Origin: Macrostomum lignano
Taxonomy: Eukaryota
Assembly: GCA_002269645.1 (NCBI GenBank)
Contig: NIVC01001979.1
Location: forward strand, 152,678 to 216,677
Direction: 5' to 3'
Length of the DNA stretch: 64,000 bases
Made by a program: the position numbers and the translations under genes. Shown in pieces: positions 12,532 to 24,320 of the stretch (position 1 is its first letter; each line of letters begins with the position of its first letter). The notes beneath the pieces were generated by a model. That model was not told where the DNA came from. It searched no databases and saw only the letters and a list, made by a program, of their open reading frames with translations.

Positions 12532-15500
12532 GAGTACTTTCTATACCCAATACCAAATATCCAAGAAGCATTCCCCAGCCTCAAAGGAAGCTAGCTATTT
12601 AGCACATTCAATTTAAATAGCAGCTACTATCAGATTCCTCTGCATCTAGAAGACCAAGACCTGACTGCTTTCGCCATATGCTACACTGCAAACAATTCGC
12701 CTACAATGTTATGCCTATAGAATTAAGCTCAGCACTAGCCAGTTTCATGTGACTCATGAATGCTATGCTCAATGGGATTGCTTACAAAAGTGCAATGGCC
12801 TATCTGGATGATGTCATTTATTCTGAGAAATTCACTGACTATCTACAATATATGTAAGAAGTTTTCGAATGAATACAGGAAGCTAATCTAAAGTTCAAAG
12901 GCAAGAAGTGCCACCTATTTTGGGCAAGTCTAAATTATCTGGGACATATAATAACTTAGGATGAATCAAGACTGACCTAGCAAAGATTGAGGCAATTCAA
13001 ACCTGGCCGAAACCAAGAATGGCCCATCAACTTAAAAGCTTTGTCTGCACATGCACTTATTTATTATGCTAAATTTGTACCTGGCTATGCAGAACTTGCA
13101 GCTCTGCTCCACAATCTAATTAAAAAGAAAATCTGCAACTTCAATTGTTTATGGGGAAAAGCCTAACAAGATGCATTTAACCAGCTTAAGGCAGCTATAA
13201 CTTAGATATCAGTGCTCACATATCTGCAGTTCACTGAGGAATGAGGATCCTGGGGTAATATTTGTCTTATACATGGATGCTTTTGCAACCAAAATCAGAG
13301 CCTACCTGAGCCAATGCTAAGCTAACAAAGAAGAGTGCCCAATTGGCTATTCTTCCCAGCAACTCAAACTGGCCGAGGCCCAATATCCAATTATCAGATA
13401 TCCTGTTATCTAATATCCGAGGCCCAACACTCCAAGGATTCAAGGATGAATGCATGGAGGAGGCTCAACATGAGGTAACTGATGAGGACCAAAGTAAACA
13501 GCCAGCCATGATATCTGGCACAGTGGTGCTAAAGGTCCACAATAGCAGCCACCCTAGCCCTCCACTGAGCAAGAAACTATCAACCTGCCAGAATCAACTT
13601 ATTAGTGTTTAGGCCTATCACATCTATAGGTTTTTTGTCTTTTTGATAGCTTTTGATATGCAACTAGGCCTATGGGTTTTTTGAAAAGTATTCCAATAGG
13701 GCTAATCAATAAATTATATAATAATCAATTAGATAGCTTTATTAGGAAATAATGATTGACAAATATTTTTTATAATATTGCCATGGCCATATAGGATGGC
13801 ATTTTTATAATTTTAAAGGCCAAGGATATAAATTAAATATGTAAAATATTGTTAAAATTTAATACAATAGGTGAAAAGGGCCTAGCAATAGGATTTCTAG
13901 TTTTAGCATATGGCCATGGCCCATAAGGAGTCTATATAGAATCAAAGCTTATTTGCCTTTTAATTATGAATATGACAATAGATCTATAATTATATATGCT
14001 TATGATTTAATTTTATGTTATGTTCTATCCTGAAATTAGCATTAGATTAAAGACCAGTGGGCCACATATTTAACTTAGCTTGAAGTGGTAAGGTCAAAAC
14101 TATAACATAAGCAATTGTCAACTCAACCATGCAATATCAGCTTTGTCAACTGTTAGTTTCAATGGGTGCCAGTCAATTCGTCTTGCGCATTTTTTCCAGA
14201 ATTATTTATGTAAACGCAGACGAATGGCGGCAGACCAATCAACTGGAAACCGTTTTAATTAGGTTAAGATGTCTAGGTTTATGTTTTAATAATGGATTAC
14301 TTGAGACTTATTTACAGATGAATCTAATAAATTTGCTTTGGATCATTGGCTAAAATGAAGTTGAAATTATATAAAATAGAATATTTCGAATGCGATTTAA
14401 ACAAAATATATTATTTATGAATGAAATTATGAGCTAAGCTGTTCAAGCGAGCTCCAAGGATCAAGGTTGAGGCGCGGCCAGCGGCCCGTGCGCGAGCCGT
14501 TTGCACGTTTTTATTAATTTTGAATTTGCGCAAACCTTCTGGGAAAATGCAAATAACAAGAAAATAATTGCAAAACGCTTGCATTTTAAATATACTCAAA
14601 AACATTGAAAAGTCGCCACCTTTGAGAGTTCACAGTAAATTCTAGCTAAGAAATCACTTTTGAATGACGCAACTTGCGCACGCGACACAGAGTTGGGCTG
14701 GATGAGGCACCCGTGTCAGCAGTTTATACGCGAATTCAGCACAATTTTAGGTACGATAAACATGCATATCCTGCATGCTGGTTGCCTTTACTGCATGCTG
14801 GATACTCGTACATATTGCCTGCACAATGACAAACAAACTAGTACCGTCTAAATTCAATATTGTAGCCTAATCACAACTGAATAGTATTGCTTTCTATTCG
14901 TTAATAAAAAACGGGAGTTAAATACATTTCACTGTACAGAGTTAGTTATTCCTAAAGCAACTTTCGATACATCATCAATTTTGAATATGCTTAATTTTGA
15001 GTACAAGTGCCAGCAGCAGGCTTGTTTGAGCTGACTGCGATCCCTAAAATACAGATATGGATATTAGATATGACTTAGGGGCCTAGCCTAGATAGATGGA
15101 TCGTCAGAATATCATTAAAATAGATCATATCATCATCGTTAGGCCTACTACCTGGTTCTGCCACACTGACTAGACTTAGACTAGACTAGAGTCTAGACCT
15201 ATTCTATTGGTATAGAAAAATTAAAATCAAACTTGATGGGGTTGGGAAGCACATTGATCATTAAATATAGGCCTACCAAATAAATCAAGTTTTAATGCAT
15301 GGGGATAATAATAAGCTTTTAATATCAAAGCATTTTATTTTTAAAACCAAACAAAAAGTAAATGGTTAATTTCTAGCATAAAAAGTTCATTAGGCTAGGC
15401 CTACATTTATAAAACAAGAATGTTTTGACTAAATTCTCATTTTTGTTATTTAAATTTTGTTTTTGCCCCTAAATTATTGTGGCCATAATCATAGATATTT

Positions 15501-15914
15501 TGTATCTAGACTTTTCTTTCCTGCAAACATTTATTTTATCAAAGGTTATATTATTATAATTATGATATATCTATATTTATATAGCATTAGGTAAGATTAT
15601 GTTATTTAACCATTTTCATATTATAGTTCTAAAAAATTATAAAATTTAATGGTTACTTATAATATAAATCTATGTTTATATGCTAGTTTTGTTAATTAAT
15701 ATTTGTTGCCTTGGATAGGTAATTAACATGGTTAAATAATCTATGACCAAATTGGCTTAGGGGTAAAATAGTCTACAGGTGAAATTGTTTTAAATGCGAA
15801 ATTTCCATAGCTAACATAGCTTAAGGGAATAATGACCAGTTATTTTTTAATATGTTTGCTAATTTGCTTTGTTTTTTTTACCCAAGAAACAAATTTTTTA
15901 GATGCAGAATTATA

Positions 15915-17215
15915 TACCCTTTATACCCTCCCTATATTCTCCCTGTACCTTCCATACCCTTCATATACCCATCTTTATCTCTCTACATCCTCCATACCCC
16001 TTCCCTATACCCTAATGCTCTCTATATACCCTCTGTACACTCCATACCTTCCTATACTCTCTATACTCTCCCTATATCTATCTATACCCTCCATACTCTC
16101 TATACTTTCCCTATACCCATTTATACCCTCCCTATATACCTTCTCTGTACCTCCATACCCTCGCTATACCCTCCATACCCTTCCTATACCCTCCATACCC
16201 TTCCTATACCTTCCATACCCTCCATACTTTTTCTATACCCACCCATGGCCTCCCTGTACCCTCTATGCCCTCCATATACCCTCAATACTCTCCCTATACC
16301 CTCCATACCCTTCTATACCCATTCATACCCTCCATATACCCTCCATACCATCCCTATACCCTCCATACCATTCCTATACCCTCCATACCATCCCTATACC
16401 CTCCATACCATCCCTATACTCTCCTTATAACCTCTCCATACCCTCCATACCCTCCATACTTTTTCTATACCCACCCATGGCCTCCCTGTACCCTCTATGC
16501 CCTCCATATACCCTCAATACTCTCCCTATACCCTCCATACCCTTCTATACCCATTCATACCCTCCATATACCCTCCATACCATCCCTATACCCTCCATGC
16601 CCTCCCTATACTCTCCATACAATCCTGCTTTTCCTATACTTCTCCTTCCCGCGTTATACTTTTCCCTATCCAGCCTCTACTATCCCCTCTTTCCACCTCC
16701 AGCGCCTCCCCCTCTCTAGCCCCTACCCTCTCTTCCTTTACTTTCCAGCCCCCATCCTCTACTCCCCTCCAGCGCCCACCCTCTTCTCCCATCAGCCCCC
16801 ACCCTCTCCTCCACTCCAGCGCCCTCCCTCTCCTCCACTCCAGCGCCCTCCCTCTCCTCCACTCCAGCGCCCTCTCTCTCCTCCACTCCAGCGCCCTCCC
16901 TCTCCTCCACTCCAGCGCCCTCCCTCTCCTCCACTCCAGCGCCCTCCCTCTCCTCCAGTCCAGCGCCCTCCCTCTCCTCCACTCCAGCGCCCTCCCTCTC
17001 CTCCACTCCAGCGCCCTCCCTCTCCTCCACTCCAGCGCCCTCCCTCTCCTCCACTCCAGCGCCCTCCCTCTCCTCCAGTCCAGCGCCCTCCCTCTCCTCC
17101 AGTCCAGCGCCCTCCCTCTCCTCCACTCCAGCGCCCTCCCTCTCCTCCAGTCCAGCGCCCTCCCTCTCCTCCACTCCAGGGCCCTCCCTCTCCTCCACTT
17201 CAGCGCCCACCCTCT
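15915..17215. repeat. Left-arm pyrimidine-rich domain: degenerate ATACCCTCC repeats plus a 24-bp array (CTCCACTCCAGCGCCCTCCCTCTC)
   Basis: Direct periodicity; internal duplication of about 230 bp (near 16220 and 16450); mirrored at about 23020-24320. Confidence 0.9.
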
Positions 17216-18289
17216 ACTCTCCTTGGTTATGCCTTTGTTACGCTCTTCCCTCCTCTCTGTTTTACTTACTGTGTCATGCATAACCCGTCTGCTACAGTGT
17301 TTTTAAATAGCCTTTTATACCCTCCTCTTTCCCTAGCCCCTCCTCCCCGGCGGCTCCCCTTCTCGTAGCTCTGCTAATAAAATCGTAATTCTTCTTCTCT
17401 TCAGAATAATTTGCCCAGCTGCGAACTGTGATGGTGCATACCGGGTACTCGCAATTTAAAAAGCGTATGCTTCTTACTGATTTAATTCCGACGCAACCAA
17501 GCAAATCGTTTACTTTCAAGTCCGTGCATTTTTCTTGTGTTTAACTTTTCACCGTTCGGCGTTAATGCCGTGTGGCGTTGGTGTAATACTATCGCGAAAT
17601 TCAATTTCCAATGTCATTATATAACTATTGTCGCTTTTCTGTATTACAACTATATACTATACTTCTGCATTTATTGACGTAACATTGTGCCAATAATGTC
17701 ACATTGTGTGGCCCCAATATGAATCTGTTGCTGAATGCAACTTATAGCGCAATGACCATTTTAATCGCTTGAAATACATTGTAATGTAATACTGTATCGC
17801 TTTTGGCAATCGAAACGAGACTTTAGCCAGACTCCTCACTGATCCAAATGCTCCTCAAGCAAAGGTACGAGTATATGGAAAGCAGACTGAGCTCCGCAGA
17901 CTTAGTATATTTGATCTTCGGATCGCGGATAGAACCAAGGAAATCTTGGTACGTAAATAAAATTGGAGTCACTTTTCCTACTTCCACTTTCCCTGCTCTT
18001 TCCCTGACCACAGTCTGTGCCCCAGGCTTAAGTTAGACCAACGCAAAATACTAACCTGAATAGGAAGCAAGCAACTCACTTCCCACTCTAGTCTTTTTCT
18101 GCCACTGTTGTCTCTGTTGATCTCGTATGGCGTCCTATTTGAATTGGCGCAAGTCTCGTTTACATAGTCGAAAGCAATACTGGCGCCAATTATTTATGTC
18201 GATCAAGTTTCCTAGAGAATGATTTGTTGATAACTGTATATTCGCTGTCTTAGAGCTGCACGCTGTGTTTAACCATTAATTTGTCGTAG

Positions 18290-19222
18290 AGGAGCTGATG
18301 AAGGGAGGCGTTGGGGCGGACCTTTTGGAGGGGCGGAGCTGATGGGGGCGGTAGCGGTGGAGCTTTTGGAGGGGCGGAGCTGATGGGGGCGGTAGGGGCG
18401 GAGCTGATGGGGGGCGGTAGGGGCGGAGCTGATGGGGGCGGTAGGGGTGGAGCTGATGGGGGGCGGTAGGGGCGGAGCTGATGGGGGGCGGTAGGGGTGG
18501 AGCTGATGGGGGGCGGTAGGGGCGGAGCTGATGGGGGCGGTAGGGGCGGAGCTGATGGGGGCGGTAGGGGCGGAGCTGATGGGGGGCGGTAGGGGTGGAG
18601 CTGATGGGGGGGCGGTAGGGGCGGAGCTGATGGGGGGCGGTAGGGGCGGAGCTGATGGGGGGCGGTAGGGGCGGAGCTGATGGGGGGCGGTAGGGGCGGA
18701 GCTGATGGGGGCGGTAGGGGCGGAGCTGATGGGGGGCGGTAGGGGCGGAGCTGATGGGGGCGGTAGGGGCGGAGCTGATGGGGGCGGTAGGGGTGGAGCT
18801 GATTGGGGGCGGTAGGGGTGGAGCTGATGGGGGGCGGTAGGGGTGGAGCTGATGGGGGCGGTAGCGGCGGAGCTGATGGGGGGCGGTAGCGGCGGAGCTG
18901 ATGAGGGGCGGTAGGGGCGGAGCTGATGGGGGGCGGTAGGGGCGGAGCTGATGGGGGGCGGTAGCGGCGGAGCTGATGGGGGGCGGTAGGGGCGGAGCTG
19001 ATGGGGGGCGGTAGCGGCGGAGCTGATGGGGGGCGGTATTGGTGGAGCTGATGGGGGGCGGTAGGGGCGGAGCTGATGGGGGGCGGTAGGGGCGGCGCTG
19101 ATGGGGGCGGTAGTGGTGGAGCTGATGGGGGGCGGTAGGGGTGGAGCTGATGGGGGGCGGTAGCGGCGGAGCTGATGGGGGGCGGTAGCGGCGGAGCTGA
19201 TGGGGGGCGGTAGGGGCGGAGC
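18290..19222. repeat. Left-arm G-rich 22-25-bp array (GGGGGCGGTAGGGGCGGAGCTGAT)
   Basis: About 38 units with variable G-runs; G-quadruplex-compatible; GGGGCGG boxes. Confidence 0.92.
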
Positions 19223-20435
19223 CCTACGTGTGCGTGTATTCGAGCTACGCTGGTAGTGTAGTTGTTTGTCTAGTATAGTTTATACATGCGTATACTGTAT
19301 GTACATGTAGTCTCACAATCCCAGCAAAAGCTAGACATTTTATTTCTTTGGTTAGTAATCGTGGGGATAATAGATCCACATGCAGCTATATCGTCATTCA
19401 GTCAAGTTTTGAACCCAGATATACAAAATACTCGTATCTTGTCAGTCAAGTTGAGAATCCCCACTGACAAAGCAACATTGAAAAAAGTCGCCACTCTATG
19501 CGCCAGTGAGCTAGCTTCTAGCTTGGACTAATCTGAAATAAAAGATACGAGAAAACTGAGGCGTAGCTTTAATCCGTCCAACTCTCGCACACCGCGATCC
19601 CCTTCCCCCACTTCATTCCTCAACCCAAGTCGTCTTGTGGCGTAATGCTATAAGTTGCGTCACTCGCAAGATTGAGAGACAGTGCAGAGACAGTCGAAGC
19701 TTCTAGGGACGGAACTTACGGAGGGGGAGGCCGGTAGAGGCGGACTTGTGGGAGGGAGGAGTTTGAGGGAGGGAGGACTTCTCACTCACAATTCAACCCT
19801 CGAGTTACGCAAATAAGTCGCCGCGAGTGAATCAATATAAACGTCAGTCGAGCAAAATCAACACAATTATTTTTTTGCAATATGCAGTTAGAATCACAAA
19901 TGCTTAAGAACGATCCCTCGCATGCTGAAGTGCGGCGACTTTGCGGGGCATCCCCAGGATGAGGCGGCGCAGAAAATTCTCAGGCTTTATTTTTAGTGTG
20001 TTTTAGCCATATTTAGACGGCCACTCCGACATGGTACATGTAATTGGATTGAGCCTTGAAAGTACTCAGCAACATTATACATAAAGTGGCGCACAATGAA
20101 TTAAGACCACCTAACACAAATTCGAACTTTTAGTTTCATAACCTTCACAGATTGCGGAAGCATTTAATCTAATCAGTTATAGATAACCGTGGTATCAATC
20201 AGTAAAATTATAGTTATGTGTTGTGTAATTACTCACAATTGAGTCTGTTTAATTGAAGTCCTTATCTCACAATCGAATTTGATAAGTCACACAGTAATGA
20301 GACCACTTAATTAATTGGGCTAAAAGGTGCTACAACAGTGGCCCTGCTGATTCCAAAGTCCAAAACATCCAAGTCCAAGTCCAAAACATCAAATTCAATA
20401 CAACCCAAGCAAAAATGATCTCGAACTCTCCTAGA

Positions 20436-21020
20436 ATGGGAAAGGCAAAGCTCTATCGCCTGAATCGTGTAGGAAAATCAGGGCCCTGTTCGACCAAGGA
20501 GTTTCCCAGCGTGCCAAAGTCACGTACGCGCATCCAGCAGCAAGCATTCAGGCGCCTCAGCAGCACTGGCAGCACAGGCTGTGCCTCAAGACCTGGCGGG
20601 CACCGAAAACTGACCACCGACTGGATCGACGAATTGTGCGAATGCCCGAGTCCAACCGTCGGCTAACCGCTGTGGACATCAGCCGTGAACTTCAGGTGTC
20701 CAGCTGCACCCCATGACTGTCCGCCGCCGTCTGGTAGCTGCCGGACTGCATGGCCGCATTGCTAGGAAGAAGCCATTCATCTCCGACAAAAACCGGAAGC
20801 GGCGCTTGAACTGGGCGAAGCAACATGCAAGCTCTACACCCCAGGACTGGGGCCAAGGTCATCTGAAGTGATGAGAGCAAATTTTCCCGCACTGGTTCTG
20901 ATGGTCGCCGGTATGTGCTGCCAGTTTCAGCAGGACAACGATCCGAAGCTTGCTGAGAACAACATCCGCACCATGGACTGGCAATCCAATTGAGAATCTG
21001 TGCAACTGGGTCGAGCGGGA
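20436..21020 (+). pseudogene. Degenerate, internally deleted Tc1-like transposase in the foldback spacer
   Basis: Across frameshifts: KIRALFDQGVSQR, DRRIVRM..NRRLTAVDISREL, TVRRRLVAAGLHGRIARKKPFISDKNRKRRLNWAKQH, WAKVI*SDESKF, FQQDNDPK, PIENL; cut off at the start of the right arm. Confidence 0.88.
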
Positions 21021-21216
21021 CTGGGTTCATAACTTGACCGAATGACGATATAGCTGCATGTGGATCTAATATCCCCACGATTACTAACCAAAGAAATAAA
21101 ATGTCTAGCTTTTGCTGGGATTGTGAGACTACATGTACATACAGTATACGCATGTATAAACTATACTAGACAAACAACTACACTACCAGCGTAGCTCGAA
21201 TACACGCACACGTAGG

Positions 21217-21935
21217 GCTCCGCCCCTACCGCCCCCCATCAGCTCCGCCGCTACCGCCCCCCATCAGCTCCACCCCTACCGCCCCCCATCAGCTCCACCA
21301 CTACCGCCCCCATCAGCGCCGCCCCTACCGCCCCCATCAGCTCCGCCCCTACCGCCCCCCATCAGCTCCACCAATACCGCCCCCATCAGCTCCGCCGCTA
21401 CCGCCCCCCATCAGCTCCGCCCCTACCGCCCCCCATCAGCTCCGCCGCTACCGCCCCCATCAGCTCCGCCCCTACCGCCCCCATCAGCTCCGCCCCTACC
21501 GCCCCTCATCAGCTCCGCCGCTACCGCCCCCATCAGCTCCGCCGCTACCGCCCCCATCAGCTCCACCCCTACCGCCCCCAATCAGCTCCGCCCCTACCGC
21601 CCCCATCAGCTCCGCCCCTACCGCCCCCATCAGCTCCGCCCCTACCGCCCCCCATCAGCTCCGCCCCTACCGCCCCCCATCAGCTCCGCCCCTACCGCCC
21701 CCCATCAGCTCCGCCCCTACCGCCCCCCATCAGCTCCGCCCCTACCGCCCCCCATCAGCTCCGCCCCTACCGCCCCCATCAGCTCCACCCCTACCGCCCC
21801 CATCAGCTCCGCCCCTACCGCCCCCATCAGCTCCGCCCCTACCGCCCCCATCAGCTCCGCCCCTCCAAAAGCTCCACCGCTACCGCCCCATCAGCTCCGC
21901 CCCTCCAAAAGGTCCGCCCCAACGCCTCCCTTCAT
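21217..21935. repeat. Right-arm C-rich array (mirror of 18290-19222, about 200 bp shorter)
   Basis: CCGCCCCTACCGCCCCCCATCAGCT units; the copy-number difference explains nearly all of the arm length difference. Confidence 0.92.
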
Positions 21936-23019
21936 CAGCTCCTCTACGACAAAGTAATGGTTAAACACAGCGTGCAGCTCTAAGACAGCGAATATACAGT
22001 TATCAACAAATCATTCTCTAGGAAACTTGATCGACATAAATAATTGGCGCCAGTATTGCTTTCGACTATGTAAACGAGACTTGCGCCAATTCAAATAGGA
22101 CGCCATACGAGATCAACAGAGACAACAGTGGCAGAAAAAGACTAGAGTGGGAAGTGAGTTGCTTGCTTCCTATTCAGGTTAGTATTTTGCGTTGGTCTAA
22201 CTTAAGCCTGGGGCACAGACTGTGGTCAGGGAAAGAGCAGGGAAAGTGGAAGTAGGAAAAGTGACTCCAATTTTATTTACGTACCAAGATTTCCTTGGTT
22301 CTATCCGCGATCCGAAGATCAAATATACTAAGTCTGCGGAGCTCAGTCTGCTTTCCATATACTCGTACCTTTGCTTGAGGAGCATTTGGATCAGTGAGGA
22401 GTCTGGCTAAAGTCTCGTTTCGATTGCCAAAAGCGATACAGTATTACATTACAATGTATTTCAAGCGATTAAAATGGTCATTGCGCTATAAGTTGCATTC
22501 AGCAACAGATTCATATTGGGGCCACACAATGTGACATTATTGGCACAATGTTACGTCAATAAATGCAGAAGTATAGTATATAGTTGTAATACAGAAAAGC
22601 GACAATAGTTATATAATGACATTGGAAATTGAATTTCGCGATAGTATTACACCAACGCCACACGGCATTAACGCCGAACGGTGAAAAGTTAAACACAAGA
22701 AAAATGCACGGACTTGAAAGTAAACGATTTGCTTGGTTGCGTCGGAATTAAATCAGTAAGAAGCATACGCTTTTTAAATTGCGAGTACCCGGTATGCACC
22801 ATCACAGTTCGCAGCTGGGCAAATTATTCTGAAGAGAAGAAGAATTACGATTTTATTAGCAGAGCTACGAGAAGGGGAGCCGCCGGGGGGGAGGGGCTAG
22901 GGAAAGAGGAGGGTATAAAAGGCTATTTAAAAACACTGTAGCAGACGGGTTATGCATGACACAGTAAGTAAAACAGAGAGGAGGGAAGAGCGTAACAAAG
23001 GCATAACCAAGGAGAGTAG

Positions 23020-24320
23020 AGGGTGGGCGCTGAAGTGGAGGAGAGGGAGGGCCCTGGAGTGGAGGAGAGGGAGGGCGCTGGACTGGAGGAGAGGGAGGGC
23101 GCTGGAGTGGAGGAGAGGGAGGGCGCTGGACTGGAGGAGAGGGAGGGCGCTGGAGTGGAGGAGAGGGAGGGCGCTGGAGTGGAGGAGAGGGAGGGCGCTG
23201 GAGTGGAGGAGAGGGAGGGCGCTGGAGTGGAGGAGAGGGAGGGCGCTGGAGTGGAGGAGAGGGAGGGCGCTGGACTGGAGGAGAGGGAGGGCGCTGGAGT
23301 GGAGGAGAGGGAGGGCGCTGGAGTGGAGGAGAGGGAGGGCGCTGGAGTGGAGGAGAGAGAGGGCGCTGGAGTGGAGGAGAGGGAGGGCGCTGGAGTGGAG
23401 GAGAGGGAGGGCGCTGGAGTGGAGGAGAGGGTGGGGGCTGATGGGAGAAGAGGGTGGGCGCTGGAGGGAGTAGAGGATGGGGGCTGGAAAGTAAAGGAAG
23501 AGAGGGTAGGGGCTAGAGAGGGGGAGGCGCTGGAGGTGGAAAGAGGGGATAGTAGAGGCTGGATAGGGAAAAGTATAACGCGGGAAGGAGAAGTATAGGA
23601 AAAGCAGGATTGTATGGAGAGTATAGGGAGGGCATGGAGGGTATAGGGATGGTATGGAGGGTATATGGAGGGTATGAATGGGTATAGAAGGGTATGGAGG
23701 GTATAGGGAGAGTATTGAGGGTATATGGAGGGCATAGAGGGTACAGGGAGGCCATGGGTGGGTATAGAAAAAGTATGGAGGGTATGGAGGGTATGGAGAG
23801 GTTATAAGGAGAGTATAGGGATGGTATGGAGGGTATAGGGATGGTATGGAGGGTATAGGAATGGTATGGAGGGTATAGGGATGGTATGGAGGGTATATGG
23901 AGGGTATGAATGGGTATAGAAGGGTATGGAGGGTATAGGGAGAGTATTGAGGGTATATGGAGGGCATAGAGGGTACAGGGAGGCCATGGGTGGGTATAGA
24001 AAAAGTATGGAGGGTATGGAAGGTATAGGAAGGGTATGGAGGGTATAGGAAGGGTATGGAGGGTATAGCGAGGGTATGGAGGTACAGAGAAGGTATATAG
24101 GGAGGGTATAAATGGGTATAGGGAAAGTATAGAGAGTATGGAGGGTATAGATAGATATAGGGAGAGTATAGAGAGTATAGGAAGGTATGGAGTGTACAGA
24201 GGGTATATAGAGAGCATTAGGGTATAGGGAAGGGGTATGGAGGATGTAGAGAGATAAAGATGGGTATATGAAGGGTATGGAAGGTACAGGGAGAATATAG
24301 GGAGGGTATAAAGGGTATAT
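23020..24320. repeat. Right-arm purine-rich domain (mirror of 15915-17215)
   Basis: GAGAGGGAGGGCGCTGGAGTGGAG units and GGAGGGTAT degenerate repeats. Confidence 0.9.

Larger units (their letters stand above)
8114..13240 (+). mobile_element. Degenerate Ty3/Gypsy LTR retrotransposon internal region (gag-pro-RT), interrupted by two insertions
   Basis: CA-T-TGGTGTCAG PBS-like site at 8114 (tRNA-Leu-type). CCHC-like knuckle WCGGCRSGHACSRC near 10970. Protease-like ILGFEFLEKY near 11210. RT motifs SSYNTPLVIIPKKDGSLRIVQDFRSLN (about 11900-11990), YPIPNIQEAF..GS.LFSTFNLNSSYYQIPL (about 12545) and YLDD (12801-12812). Many stops and frameshifts; LTRs not identified. Confidence 0.85.
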
